From NCBI GenBank assembly GCA_965206595.1, contig OZ242214.1, positions 6,272,001 through 6,336,000 of the forward strand: a DNA stretch of 64,000 nucleotides. The letters run 5' to 3'. This stretch comes from Candidatus Latescibacterota bacterium. Its GTDB lineage: Bacteria; Latescibacterota; UBA2968; UBA8231. The notes under the pieces are model-generated. The model was not told the origin of the DNA and searched no databases. It saw only the letters and a program-made list of their open reading frames with translations. Of the stretch, positions 32,687 through 43,514 are shown piece by piece (positions within the stretch are counted from its first letter, which is position 1; each line of letters begins with the position of its first letter). A program made the position numbers and the translations under genes.

Positions 32687-34321
32687 TCACAGTTTGCTCG
32701 AGGGCCATGCAAAAGGGCACCGGCCGTCGTGCCCGTACGTGAAGAGCGCTGTCCGCCTCGGTGACTCAGCCTCCCAGCGGTACGCCCCGTGACAGACCGT
32801 CCCTCCCAAAAAGAAGAGAACAGATCCGCGACGCATTGGAATGTGGCGGATCGGCGCGCGCTCGTTGCAGACCCGCACCGAATGCGGTAAGGGGTAGTGC
32901 GATTTGTGACTGCCCGGCACTACGACAAATCCGCCATCGTCGGGCCCGACGTCGGTGAGCTGCCAGGCGACGTTGATGCCCGACCTCGTGTGCACGCGCC
33001 CGTTTACCATCTCGTAGTGCTTGCCGATGCAGGTCGGGTTGGCGTTCCCCGAGTGCAGCATCTGCCCGCTCGAGCCTTTGACGTGGCACAGGGCCGTGTT
33101 CTGAGTTGCCCTGTACCCTGGTCCAATCATCCAGTTCAGGCGCTGGATGACGGCCGGATGCGCCAGCATTTTGAGGAAAGGCGCATTGTGCGGCGCCGGT
33201 AACTGAAACAAGTCCTTCAGGTCCGGCCGGCCCGTGCCCGAGATCGTCGGCGCCCCAGGGATGTCGGCAAGCGTCACGTCCCCGTCAAGCTTGTCGCCTG
33301 CGCCCCGGTACACCAGACGGTCGAGGTTGGCGTCGATGCCCGCCACGGCCGCATCGACCCAATCATCGTCCATGACGCCCTCGACCAACAGGAAGCCCTG
33401 GGTGTCAAACGCCCAGCGCTCGGCATGATCATCTCGGCGTTCGAACTCGAGGGCAGAGGAGGCCCTCTGCGCCGCGTCGGCATCGGCGGCGGAGGTAAGC
33501 CAGGTGGCAGTGCCGTCCGACAGGAGCAGGCGACGCGAGTCGCCGCCCGCCAGCACGGTTTGCTCGGCCTCGCCCAGCCCTTCCGCCCATGCGGGCAGGG
33601 GCTGCTTGTCCCGCTCGTCAGGTGGCCCCTGTGACCGAGCCGTACGCGAGATGAAATTTGCCACGAGTAGCTCGCCCTCATCACCCTGCGGGCAAATCCC
33701 GTGCAGCGTGCTGGCGGCGCACAGCAGCACGTCGCCTGCCGCCAGCGCCGGGCGCTCGGCGAAGCGGCTGGAGGATGAAAGCGGTGGGGCAGGCAGCCCG
33801 CTCTTGTGCGAGGAGGGCACGACCACCAGCGGGCACTTGCCTTCTGCGGAGTTCGTGAGGGCGATGGCCACCACCAGCCCCTGACACTGTCGGATGCGGA
33901 CCTCTTCCCAAGTGCCGCCGGCTCGCGTGAGCGGAGTTCCGTCGGCGTTGCGGCCATTCCACCCCGCCAGGTTGATGTACGCCCGGTCCAGCGTGTGCAC
34001 CCCGCCTTCCAGTGGCAGCGAGGCTTCGTCGTACCCTCCTGCGGCGGCGGCAGGGACGTGCCTCGCAGGGCCGTCCTGGCGAAAGCCATCGCCGCACAGC
34101 TCGCGCACGTAGCGTCCGACGGCGCCGTCCTCGCTGCAGAGATCATCCAGCCCATCGCCGCTGTCGCGGCACGCGGACAGTTCGGCCTGGCTGAGGAGTT
34201 GCGGCAACACGACGAACCCGAGCGCGTCGAAGGTGAAGTTCTGCTCTATGGTAAGGATCGATGGCTCGTGTACGTGCGTCGCCTCGTTCCAGTGGTTCAC
34301 GGTGTAGGTGTCGATGTCCAT
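32687..34321 (-). CDS. Tandem phytanoyl-CoA dioxygenase (PhyH)-family protein
   Basis: Two F...GF..V starts, two VVPxSHKS motifs, C-terminal HG...W....RR. Confidence 0.8.
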   Translation of the reverse strand: MDIDTYTVNHWNEATHVHEPSILTIEQNFTFDALGFVVLPQLLSQAELSACRDSGDGLDDLCSEDGAVGRYVRELCGDGFRQDGPARHVPAAAAGGYDEASLPLEGGVHTLDRAYINLAGWNGRNADGTPLTRAGGTWEEVRIRQCQGLVVAIALTNSAEGKCPLVVVPSSHKSGLPAPPLSSSSRFAERPALAAGDVLLCAASTLHGICPQGDEGELLVANFISRTARSQGPPDERDKQPLPAWAEGLGEAEQTVLAGGDSRRLLLSDGTATWLTSAADADAAQRASSALEFERRDDHAERWAFDTQGFLLVEGVMDDDWVDAAVAGIDANLDRLVYRGAGDKLDGDVTLADIPGAPTISGTGRPDLKDLFQLPAPHNAPFLKMLAHPAVIQRLNWMIGPGYRATQNTALCHVKGSSGQMLHSGNANPTCIGKHYEMVNGRVHTRSGINVAWQLTDVGPDDGGFVVVPGSHKSHYPLPHSVRVCNERAPIRHIPMRRGSVLFFLGGTVCHGAYRWEAESPRRTALFTYGHDGRCPFAWPSSKL

Positions 34322-35255
34322 AGTTAGACCTCGATGGATTCTGGAGGGTGGACGGTGTTTTCTGGCATCTCTCCGTCCCACTCAACCCATTCAACATCCA
34401 CGCTATGCTACCTACCGAGAACACCGCTATGGCGGCAAACTAAACAAAGTTCGCGTATCTTACAACTACGGCTCCTATTGGGCAAACTTCAGGAGAAAAA
34501 TTGAAAGCCCAGACAAATCAGCTATTCGAGAATATGGGGGATGGCACCTTTGCCGAAGGGTCCCTGACCTCGAGTTCCTAGCTGTCTACCACCGGTTTGG
34601 TCTAGAACTCAAGAAGGACCGGCGGGAACGGCATCGGATGTCGATCGAACTGCCACTCATTCCCGATCGAGTCGCAGCACTCGCAGGCGACCTCGGGTTT
34701 ACTGAAGCAATCGTCGGCCAGCACTACGAGCCCTTCCGTGGAGAGGAGATCTCTGCCGTTCGGAGCGGACGGTGGCTTCTTGGTTGGATTCGCATTGGTG
34801 ACTACAAGGTGCACCAGACAGAGGTTTACGTTCAAGACAAGCAGGCGCTACTGGCGGATGCCCCAAGCAACCGCCAGTTCGAGATCGTCCAGAATGGAGA
34901 CAGGCGTGTTGTGTCAGGACACAACTGGCATCGAGCCGTGTCTGCTCTAGATGCCCGATTTCTGTTCAACATCGCTGATCCAAAGCCAACGGATGTCATC
35001 TTGGATCCATTTGCCGGATTTGGCGGGCTTGCCCTTGAAGGGAGACGTCGTGAACTCACAGTCTTCGTGTCCGACATCGATGATAGCCTGTCTCCAAGCC
35101 TCTCAGCGAACTTTCGGAACTTGTACGTAGTTGCCGATGCCAGACATCTGCCCATACGAACCGACCACTTCGATCTGATCATCACAGAACCGCCCTTCCG
35201 GAGTTCCTGCCGTCAGGCCGTCATGGACTCGTTGCCTGAGCTGTACGCGCCATGA
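34308..35255 (+). CDS. TRM11/UPF0020-like SAM-dependent methyltransferase (start uncertain, 3' frameshift likely)
   Basis: DVILDPFAGFGG, SDID, ADARHLP, DLIITEPPF. Confidence 0.6.
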   Translation: MSMSIVRPRWILEGGRCFLASLRPTQPIQHPRYATYREHRYGGKLNKVRVSYNYGSYWANFRRKIESPDKSAIREYGGWHLCRRVPDLEFLAVYHRFGLELKKDRRERHRMSIELPLIPDRVAALAGDLGFTEAIVGQHYEPFRGEEISAVRSGRWLLGWIRIGDYKVHQTEVYVQDKQALLADAPSNRQFEIVQNGDRRVVSGHNWHRAVSALDARFLFNIADPKPTDVILDPFAGFGGLALEGRRRELTVFVSDIDDSLSPSLSANFRNLYVVADARHLPIRTDHFDLIITEPPFRSSCRQAVMDSLPELYAP

Positions 35256-35474
35256 AGCACACGGGACGACTGATCCTACTAATTGCCATGGACATGTGCG
35301 ATAGGATTCATGGGCAGTTCGAGCAGATGGGAGCGAAAGTCGATGTCATCGGTGTCATTCCCCGCGGAGCTCGACGGAAGTGTCCAGTATTGAGGATAAC
35401 TCTCGGCTGAATGAGTGGGATTGCACAGTCGAGAGTATGTCTCTAATTGGTGCCAAGATTGGAACTGACACATC

Positions 35475-35863
35475 ATGGAACAGACCAGAATCGGCCTGAT
35501 CGGAGTGGGACGTTTCTGTCCGAAATATCACATTCCGAATCTCATCCCGCGGAGGGACGTGGAGATCACAGCAGTCTGTGACATCTCGCAGGCTCGTCTG
35601 GACAACCTGCCGGAGAGTCTGTGCGCAAGCCAGACCAGTCGGGATTACCGCGCCCTGCTTGACCCCGATCTCGTGGACGGTGTCGTCGTCAGCACCCCAA
35701 CTTCGTCGATGTGATCCAGGGAAAGAAGGTCATCGAGAGCGCACCCCGTGTGGACCCCACACAGCCGCGACGGACTACAGGCTCTAAGAGTGGTCGAGGC
35801 GATTCACGAGGCAGGAAGGACCGGCAGGTCGGTTGCCGTACCTCTGTCGGAGAGCTCGAAATG
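35475..35863 (+). pseudogene. Gfo/Idh/MocA oxidoreductase with large internal deletion
   Basis: RIGLIGVG..AVCD..VDGVVVSTP N-terminus joined to a DYRALRVVEAIHEAGRTGRSVAV-like C-terminus. Confidence 0.7.
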
Positions 35864-35902
35864 AATAAAACAGCCCAAAGATCGCGTTAAGGTGAGGGTG
35901 CT

Positions 35903-36859
35903 ACGTAATGGGAGGGAATCTTCACACTCCTGTGCGCTGACCGACCCAGTCATAGAGCAAGTCCCCGGAATACAACGGACGCGAGCACGGGTGGTCCGCC
36001 CATTGCAGTTGGACCGGCACCATGCCGGTCACACCTGTCCGCCCACCCGAGTACCGCCGCCGCGAACCGGAAAAAGAGCCCCTCTACCGGATCCTCGCCG
36101 GGCATCTGGAAGCCTTTCTCCAGCACACCCGAACGTCCGAGCACCAACTGCCGCTCCACGTCGAGAAGGAGATGCGCGCCTACCTCGAATGCGGCATTCT
36201 GGCCTACGGGTTCGTGCGCGCCCGGTGTGCGGACTGCGGGAAGAGCCGGGCCGTTGCCTTTTCCTGCAAGAAGCGGGGGTTCTGCCCCTCGTGCTGCGGC
36301 CGGCGCATGGCCGATACGGCGGCGCGCCTGGTCGACGACGTGCTGCCCCGGGTGCCGGTGCGCCAGTGGGTGCTCAGCTTTCCGTACGAGATTCGCTACC
36401 GCCTCGCCTACGACGGCGAGTGGGTCTCGGCCGTACTGGCGGTGTTTCTGCGCGTGGTGGGCGGCTGGTATCGACGTCAGGCGCAGGCCATGGGCCATGA
36501 CCGCGCGCGGTGGGGCTCGGTGACCTTCGTCCAGCGGTTCGGTTCCTCCCTGAACCTCAATCCCCACATCCACGTGCTCATGCTCGACGGGGTCTACGTC
36601 GATGGGGAGGAGGCTCCGGTTTTCGTTCCCGCCCCGCCGTTGTCCGACCAAGCCGTGCAGCAGATTGTGGAGACGAGTGCGCGCCGCATCATCCGCTTGG
36701 GCACCAAACGCGGCCTGCTCGACGACACCGTAGCGGATGGGCTCGCCGACGAAGAGCCCGTGCTGGCGGCTCTCACCGCGGCTTCGGTGCGAGGGATCAC
36801 CGCCACCGGGGCACGCGCCGGCCAACGCCTGCGCGGCTTTTCCCTGCATGCGGCAACGC
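35903..36859 (+). mobile_element. IS91/ISCR-family element, 5' fragment B (Zn-binding and HUH domains)
   Basis: CKKRGFCPSC, VPVRQWVLSFP, QRFGSSLNLNPHIHVL (HUH motif); truncated after GFSLHAAT. Confidence 0.88.
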
Positions 36860-36951
36860 TTTACCTTATTTACCAAGATACATACGTTCGTGTCAGATAG
36901 GGACAGGACCATTTCCCGAACCAATTGTTCGGATGCAAGGAGAGATACAAA

Positions 36952-39602
36952 ATGAAGAAAAAAGAAGCAGAAGCCTTCCTCGAAATGCCTTATGATAAAA
37001 GGAGATTGATCGTTGTAGTTGACGACTCTGCGGAAAAGGATTGGACCGCAGTTGTTGAGGAGGTCATTGAGATGTACTGGCGCTACATGACTATCCCTGG
37101 AGCGATCCAAGCAGTGATAAAGGCAGCACGAGATCAGGAGGTTAATGTGCTCCCTGTCCCAAGAAGTGAAAGCACTGTGCTTCAATTCCCTCTAGGGCAT
37201 CCTCAAGATGGTGTGCTCTACGTTGGTCATCCTGCGATCCGCGAAATCTACTACCCGACTGCTCAGTTCCATCAACTGACGTTCGAACACAAGCTCTCTG
37301 AAGCTATTGAATTACTTATGGCCTTGGGTGCCATTGAGGTCAGTGTGGAGCATCAAGTGGGATGGGGAAGAGAGTTCTCAACCTTTGTTATTCATTCAAC
37401 CCGCGCATAAGCGGACATAGGCGCTTCCGAGACCCCTTTGCTTAGCCTCAGAGGCTTGCGTCCCTTCTATAGTCGGCTTTTTGGGTAGAGCCGTCTCCTT
37501 ATCTCTACCGACCTTGTTGAAATTGTACGCGCCTTCTCGAAGACGCTTGCCTTTGCGAGCCCATCATCCCGACCGACCCGGCCTGCGCTTACGCCATCGC
37601 CGCGTCCACCGGTTTGAGCGTGGCCAGAAATCTCCACAGACGATCCCAGGCAGCCGCCGTCCCTTGGGTCAGGATGACGCCCACCCTGCGCCCATGCAAG
37701 GTGACGCGGGACGGCAGGCGCAGGTAGCGCCGTCGAAAACTGTCCAGGCTCAGGGCCGTCGTCGAGCGTCCGTATGTGCGGGGCCGCCCGCGTCGGGCCT
37801 CGGCGCGTTCGGCGGCCTGGCGGCCCAGGTGAAGCAGGTTGTAGGCCAGCAGGTTCAAGGTCAGAAGCGCCTGGTTGGCAGCGAAGGCATCCCGGGACGG
37901 GGTGCGCTGACGCGGCTCTCGACCCCGGTAGTGTTGCTTGCGACGGGTGGTAGAGGAGAGCTGAGGCTGGAGGGTGGAGCTCAACTCGCCGAGCATGCGC
38001 TCGAAAAGGCCGCGCTGACGATAAAAGGCGACCAGGTCGCGGCCGCTCATCGTCTGGGGACTCTGGTCGGTGATCAGGAAGAAGTGGCGGGCGATGGGCA
38101 GCTCTTCCGTCTCGGAAGGGACCAGGACCAACACCACCCGCCGGGGCTGCGCCCAGGACCTGGCTTGATAACGCAGCTCGCGACAGCGAAAACCCTCTTC
38201 CCGCAGCTCTTCCGGGTGCTGCGCCAGCTCCTGCTGATAGCCTTCCACCCAGGCACGAGCCAGCTCCTCCAGGCGCGCATTCTTCTTGATGCGCGCCACG
38301 TACGAGGTGTCGGCCCGCGCTTCCAGCTCACTCAGGAAAGACCCGCTCACCGAGGCCGCGTCGAAGCGCAGGATGAGGCGCCGGGCCAGATGCGACTGAA
38401 TCCAGTCCAAGCGCTTGCCGAGAGCCTCTGAGGCGCCCTCATGGGCGTGCACGTTGCCCGGCCGCAGCACGGCACCGAAGAAATCGCCCGTCTGCGCCGA
38501 GCCGAGGAGCAGGGGATGGTACCCCGAGGCGTGGAAGTAGCCGTTGTATTCGACCCCCGCCTGGTGCCCGTGCGCCGGCATCGGCAGGGCATCCATGTCG
38601 ACGGCCAACTCCTCGTATTTCATCCGTCCTTCCAGCAGCCGGCAACGAGACCGGGCGCTGCGCAGGACGGCTTCCTCCAACACCTCGCGGTTATAGGCAG
38701 TCGAGGCTTGCTCGAGCAGGCGCGACAGCGTCGGCTGACTGGCCAGTCCCTGCGGCCGGTCTTCGTCGCCGCTGCGCAACGGCGCCTGCCCTTTGCGATC
38801 GCTGACCGCCAGACGCAGGATCGGATCTTGGCGCAACGCGTCGGCGTCGGCGGCGTGGGTCCAGCCCTGTGCCAGCAGCACGATCTGTGTGCGCAGCAGC
38901 TCCGGCAGCGGGTGCGTGATCTGGTCTTGGGTACGGAGATCCTCGAAGTGGGCGTCGAGCCAATCCAGAACCCGGCTGTGTTCGAGCAGTTGACGCAACA
39001 TCAGCGCACCGGTGTCGCTGCCAAGGTGGGTGGGGCGGGCTTCGATGTGGATGGAGCGGTTGAAAGACGGCTGAATCGGCCCGGCTTGCTCGGACTCGGT
39101 GTGTGACGGTAATTCACCCATTGGGTGTCCTACTGTGTGATGGGTTCAAAGGGCGATACTGCCTTGTGTTTCCCTCTGAAATCTAAGCATGGGAGGCACC
39201 CAGTACAGCCCTCTCCACTAAAATTCCATGAATAACAAGGGATCAAGTAACCTCGACGTGCCAATCGGAAAGACCGGAGAACAAGCTGGCACCACTGGGG
39301 GTGGGAATACCGAGAAACAGCGACGGTTACTCTTCCAAATTTCCCTAGAAGGAACTTCAGATCCGTCAGTCCCAAGTGGACTGGTTTGGTACCCCCACGA
39401 GCCTACATGGAAAAAAGTCGCAAAGAGTAGGATAGAATACGGCATGAAGAATTTTTCGTTTCGCTTCCAATATAAGAGCGACTTCGGCGTCAATGCGGAT
39501 CTCGGAGTTAGGGCTGGAAAGGCAGGGCTTGACCTAGGAGGGAAATTTGAAAACCATGAATCGACTATCTGGAATGTTCAGGGTTCTTTCAAGACCTCCT
39601 AG
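36952..39602 (+). pseudogene. Hypothetical 261-aa protein interrupted by IS1380 copy 2
   Basis: AAGGAG RBS; TCAA duplicated at 37378-37381 and 39243-39246; removing the IS restores ...GWGREFS-SNLDVPIGK... in frame. Confidence 0.8.
37382..39241 (-). mobile_element. IS1380-family insertion sequence, copy 2 (transposase 37589-39121)
   Basis: Reverse complement of 5288-7147; identical 510-aa protein. Confidence 0.92.
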
Positions 39603-39824
39603 TGTCGCGTCCCACGGATAACTTGAAAAATTCCGGCGCTGAGGGGCCCGGCTCGCAAGGCGCCTGAGCGAGTCGTACCGGGGGTGTACGGCGAGCGGAG
39701 ACGGGATTGAGGGAAAAAATCGCACAGGATGAGGTTTCATTTATAAAACCGCTAAAACCGCGATTTTTTCCCTCGAACGGATCCGCGGCGAAAATTGCAT
39801 GGGATTCCTGGGACGCGACACTAG
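39599..39824. mobile_element. MITE (226 bp), IS630/IS5-like CTAG ends
   Basis: Perfect 16-bp terminal IR CTAGTGTCGCGTCCCA / TGGGACGCGACACTAG; no transposase inside. Confidence 0.8.
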
Positions 39825-39836
39825 GGGGTTTCCAAA

Positions 39837-40434
39837 ATGGAGCGCAGAGACAACCAGGTTTACCAATCGGCACGAGGGCACTTGAAGGCAGCCGAAATAC
39901 TACGAAGCGTCAATGAAAATGATCCTTCGGTGAATGTAGTAGGCATGACGTCGTATCTCGTATCCATTGAGCAATACCTAAATCTTGTCACAAAACTCTG
40001 GGTGTTAGACGGTGTACCAAGGGACCGCGGCAAATCCCACCCGATAAGCAACAAATTCAAAAAAAGCAATGAGGAACGAAGACCTCAGACTAACCATTAA
40101 ACACGAATGGCATGCCCTTGTACGTTGTATCCAACTGCAAAATCAAGGTTGGCGTGCCTCTGATTGGTTACACGTTGAAGACACCATACAGAGACTGGGC
40201 AGCAAATACGTCAAACTTCGCAACTTTAACTTTCCCACGTGGTCGGTACGGGATCAACAGTGCCTGGCCTCGTTGGCGGTAGCGTTGGATTCGGTCGTGC
40301 GTAGTAAAGGAGGATTCTCTCCCCTTGTCCGTGATCCAGAGTCAGATATAGCCCTTTCACAAGAGGACGCCGACAGGGCCAGGAGCGAGGTTGGCTATCT
40401 GATGCGCCTTGTTAGGGGCAACACAAAGGACTAG
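39837..40434 (+). pseudogene. Low-GC hypothetical (HEPN-like) gene frameshifted in an A7 tract
   Basis: ORFs 39837-40100 and 40069-40434 join in frame if A7 (40059-40065) is read as A6; helical pattern HLKAAE..SIEQYL..SH..YVKLR. Confidence 0.45.
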
Positions 40435-40473
40435 CCGTCCAGAAGTGTTTCCCCGATACGCTGGTCTGCAGTA

Positions 40474-40985
40474 CGCTACCACGGGGTCCTGGCGCCCCGG
40501 GCCCGGGCCCGCGAGCGCATCGTGGCGGCCAAGCCGGTTGCCGAGTCGGCGGCGGCGGACGGCGATGCGAGCTGCGGTGGGCGACCCTGCTGGCGCGGGT
40601 GTTTCCTCCGACCTCAGCGCATGCGCGGCCTGTGGCGGGCGCCTGAGAATCATCGCCGCCCGGACCGATCCGGCTTCGATCCGGACCTGTCTGGAGGGGG
40701 TAGGGCTGCCGGTGATGCCCCCGCCGAGGGGCCCCCTGAGCCGCTGTTCGAGTTCGCCGCCTGACCTGCCTTCTCGACCCGTCGCCGTCGCCGGGTACGG
40801 CTGGGTGTGCCCTCAACGGTCCCTCAGGCCCCGGATTGATGCGGATACGGGCCGACAGGCAACCAAACTGTACTGCGAGCTCGGTCGAAGGACTGGCAAC
40901 GATCCTCAGGGGAGTTGCCAGACCCTGGCGGTACGCTCAGCCCCTTGACCGAGAGTCCAAAAAAGGTGCCTCATTTTACCTATAC
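40474..40985 (+). mobile_element. IS91/ISCR-family element, 3' fragment 3 with oriIS (more degenerate)
   Basis: RYHGVLAP..., same ~225-bp tail ending TTTTACCTATAC followed by TTC. Confidence 0.82.
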
Positions 40986-41651
40986 TTCGATCCCGAACTC
41001 AAGGCCGGAGACCTGCTGCTCGTAAACGAGCATACCTGGCACAAAGCGCCGAGCGGCACTTCCTCGGAAGATCGGTGCGGAATCTTCAACAAGTATTGTG
41101 CAGTCGACGCGCCTCCAGCTGCTGGCTACTATCCGTATAGCCCGGCAGCCCTCGACGCCCTGAGTGATGCCGGCAAGCGTCTCATCCCCGTCTGTTTTGA
41201 CAAACCGATCACGACGACGCGCCTTCTAATAGAGCATCCATCCGGTCAGGAATCGAGATACCTGATGCTGCATGACGACGAGCACGACCGCTGGGAACTT
41301 CCGGGGGGAGAAGGCTGGGAAGAGGAAGGGGTTGGCTGGGATATCGGCGCGCGGATCGGCTCTCTGCAGGAACTCACAAAGACACAGCTCGGACTGGACA
41401 TCCCGTGGATGTCCTACATCGAGGATGTTGAAACGAAAGACGGTGTCTGCCGACTGTACGGCTACTCCGATGAAACATTGCCTCCTGACCAACTGGCCCG
41501 CGATCGGCATGAGTGGTTCACGAAAGACCAGCTACGGCGACTCCTCGGTGAGAGCGACTGGATCTGTCGCGCCGTCCAGACCTGGAAACGCCGGGATATC
41601 ATTCGAGGCAAAGGCAAGGCGGTCCGCCAGAGCGAACGGCAGTTCGAGTGA
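40986..41651 (+). pseudogene. PhyH C-terminus plus NUDIX-like domain, 5'-truncated at oriIS
   Basis: LKAGDLLLVNEHTWH...DRCGIFNKY; WELPGG. Confidence 0.55.
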
Positions 41652-42253
41652 CGCACACTGGCTTACCGACCGGCCACAGGATTCACATAGTTGGGAATAG
41701 CTGCGCTGGAAAAAGCACCTTGGGAGCGCAGCTGTCGGCCGCCCTCGGCGTCCCCTTGGTGGAGTTGGACGCGCTCAATTGGCAACCTGGCTGGGTCGCT
41801 CTGAGCGACACAAACCCCGAGGAACTCGAACGGAGAATAGGCGAAGCAACCCGTGGTGATGGATGGGTTGTGGCCGGCTCCTACATGCAATTTTCACAAC
41901 GCATTTTCTGGCCACGCCTGGAGACGATCGTCTGGCTGGATTTGCCCATGGTTCCACTCATCTGGCGAATGCTGATTCGATCGTGGCGTCGCTGGCGGTC
42001 GCAGGAGCCGCTTTGGGGGACAAACTACGAGCGTTTCTGGCCCCAGCTCATGGTCTGGCGCAAGGAGGATTCGCTGCTATGGTGGATTGTCACGCAGCAC
42101 CGGCGCAAGCGTCGCAGTATGCTGGCATATACTACTGAATCGTCTTGGAACCACATACGATTTGTGCGTCTTAGATCTTCTGCTGAGGTCGGGGCGTTTT
42201 CACAGGCTGTGGCACTCAGGACTGACAGCCTGACAGGCCTCAACGAGCTTTGA
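41648..42253 (+). CDS. Adenylate kinase-like P-loop protein (FlaR/topology modulation family)
   Basis: RIHIVGNSCAGKSTL, ELDALNWQPGW, WVVAGSY, IVWLDLP. Confidence 0.85.
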   Translation: MTHTGLPTGHRIHIVGNSCAGKSTLGAQLSAALGVPLVELDALNWQPGWVALSDTNPEELERRIGEATRGDGWVVAGSYMQFSQRIFWPRLETIVWLDLPMVPLIWRMLIRSWRRWRSQEPLWGTNYERFWPQLMVWRKEDSLLWWIVTQHRRKRRSMLAYTTESSWNHIRFVRLRSSAEVGAFSQAVALRTDSLTGLNEL

Positions 42254-42270
42254 TCACATGAAGGAGTGAA

Positions 42271-43260
42271 GTGGAATACCGGAGGCTGGGCAATTTGGGT
42301 ATCGAAGTCTCGGTGATGGGTCTGGGTTGCTGGCCCTTCGCGGGCGGCTCGATCTGGGGCGATCAGGACGACGATCAATCGATTGCGACGGTGCGCGCCG
42401 CACTGGACGCGGGCATCAACCTCTTCGACACGGCAGAGGCATACGAGAAAGGTGAGTCCGAGCGTGTTCTCGCACGTGGTCTTGAAGGGAGGCGCCAGCA
42501 GGCGGTGATCGCAACCAAGGTAGCTCCGAACCACCTGACTGCGGAAGGGATCGCGTCCGCCTGCGAGGAGAGCCTCAAAAATCTGAATACGGACTACATC
42601 GACCTGTACCAGATCCACTGGCCAAATCACGACATCCCGATCGACACGTCCTGGCGCGCGCTCGAGGATCTGGTGAGGGAGGGCAAGGTGCGCGCGCTCG
42701 GTGTCGCGAACTTCGCCGTCGGCGACCTGTCCGATCTGATCGAGGTTGGCCGGCCGGAGACGAACCAGCTGCCCTTCAGCCTTCTGTGGCGGGCAATCGA
42801 GTTTGAAATCCTGCCGCTCTGCCGCGAGAGCGCGATCGGGTTGATATGCTACAGTCCGCTGGCGCAGGGGCTGCTGACGGGAAGGTATGCGACGGCTGAC
42901 GAGGTTCCGGAGGGGCTGGCCCGGACGCGATGGTATGCGAGCTCCCGCGCGCAGGCCGGACACGGCGAGCCGGGATGCGAGGCAGCTGTTTTCAGCGCCA
43001 TCTCCGGCATTCGCGAGTTGAGCCGCCAGGTTGGCGCCCCGATGGCGAGCGTGGCACTCGCCTGGGTGAGACAGCAGAGGGGAGTGACATCCTTCCTGGT
43101 CGGCGCCCGGGATGCGGACGAACTGGAGACCAACCTGCCGACGCTTTCGTTGGAGCTCGACGCAGCTACGATGGCCGAGTTAGAACGCCTGACACAACCT
43201 GTCAAAGACGCCATCGGCCGGAACCCTGACATGTGGATGTCCGACTCCCGGATGCGATGA
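42271..43260 (+). CDS. Aldo/keto reductase
   Basis: GINLFDTAEAY, IATK, DYIDLYQIHWP, GKVRALGVANF, YSPLAQGLLTG. Confidence 0.93.
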   Translation: MEYRRLGNLGIEVSVMGLGCWPFAGGSIWGDQDDDQSIATVRAALDAGINLFDTAEAYEKGESERVLARGLEGRRQQAVIATKVAPNHLTAEGIASACEESLKNLNTDYIDLYQIHWPNHDIPIDTSWRALEDLVREGKVRALGVANFAVGDLSDLIEVGRPETNQLPFSLLWRAIEFEILPLCRESAIGLICYSPLAQGLLTGRYATADEVPEGLARTRWYASSRAQAGHGEPGCEAAVFSAISGIRELSRQVGAPMASVALAWVRQQRGVTSFLVGARDADELETNLPTLSLELDAATMAELERLTQPVKDAIGRNPDMWMSDSRMR

Positions 43261-43315
43261 GCCGGGCTGCGCCAGCGCCTCGGGGCTCGTTCGACCAAAG
43301 AGGAGGTAGGCGAAC

Positions 43316-43514
43316 ATGATCAAACAAACTCACACCGTCGTCGACATCGCCATCGTCTGCAGCGACTTCGACAAATCGCTGGAGTTTTATCGCGATCATG
43401 TTCCGCCGCTGCGTGTTTCGCGGCGGCGCAGACACCATGGCCGCGATCGGTGCAATCGATATCGCGCTATGGGACATCAAGGGCAAGGTAGCCGAGCTAC
43501 CCGTCCATTCGCTG
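43316..43514 (+). pseudogene. Fused scraps of a VOC-family gene and a mandelate racemase/enolase-family gene
   Basis: [18 protein letters not shown] followed (other frame) by [25 protein letters not shown]; cut by IS630. Confidence 0.65.
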
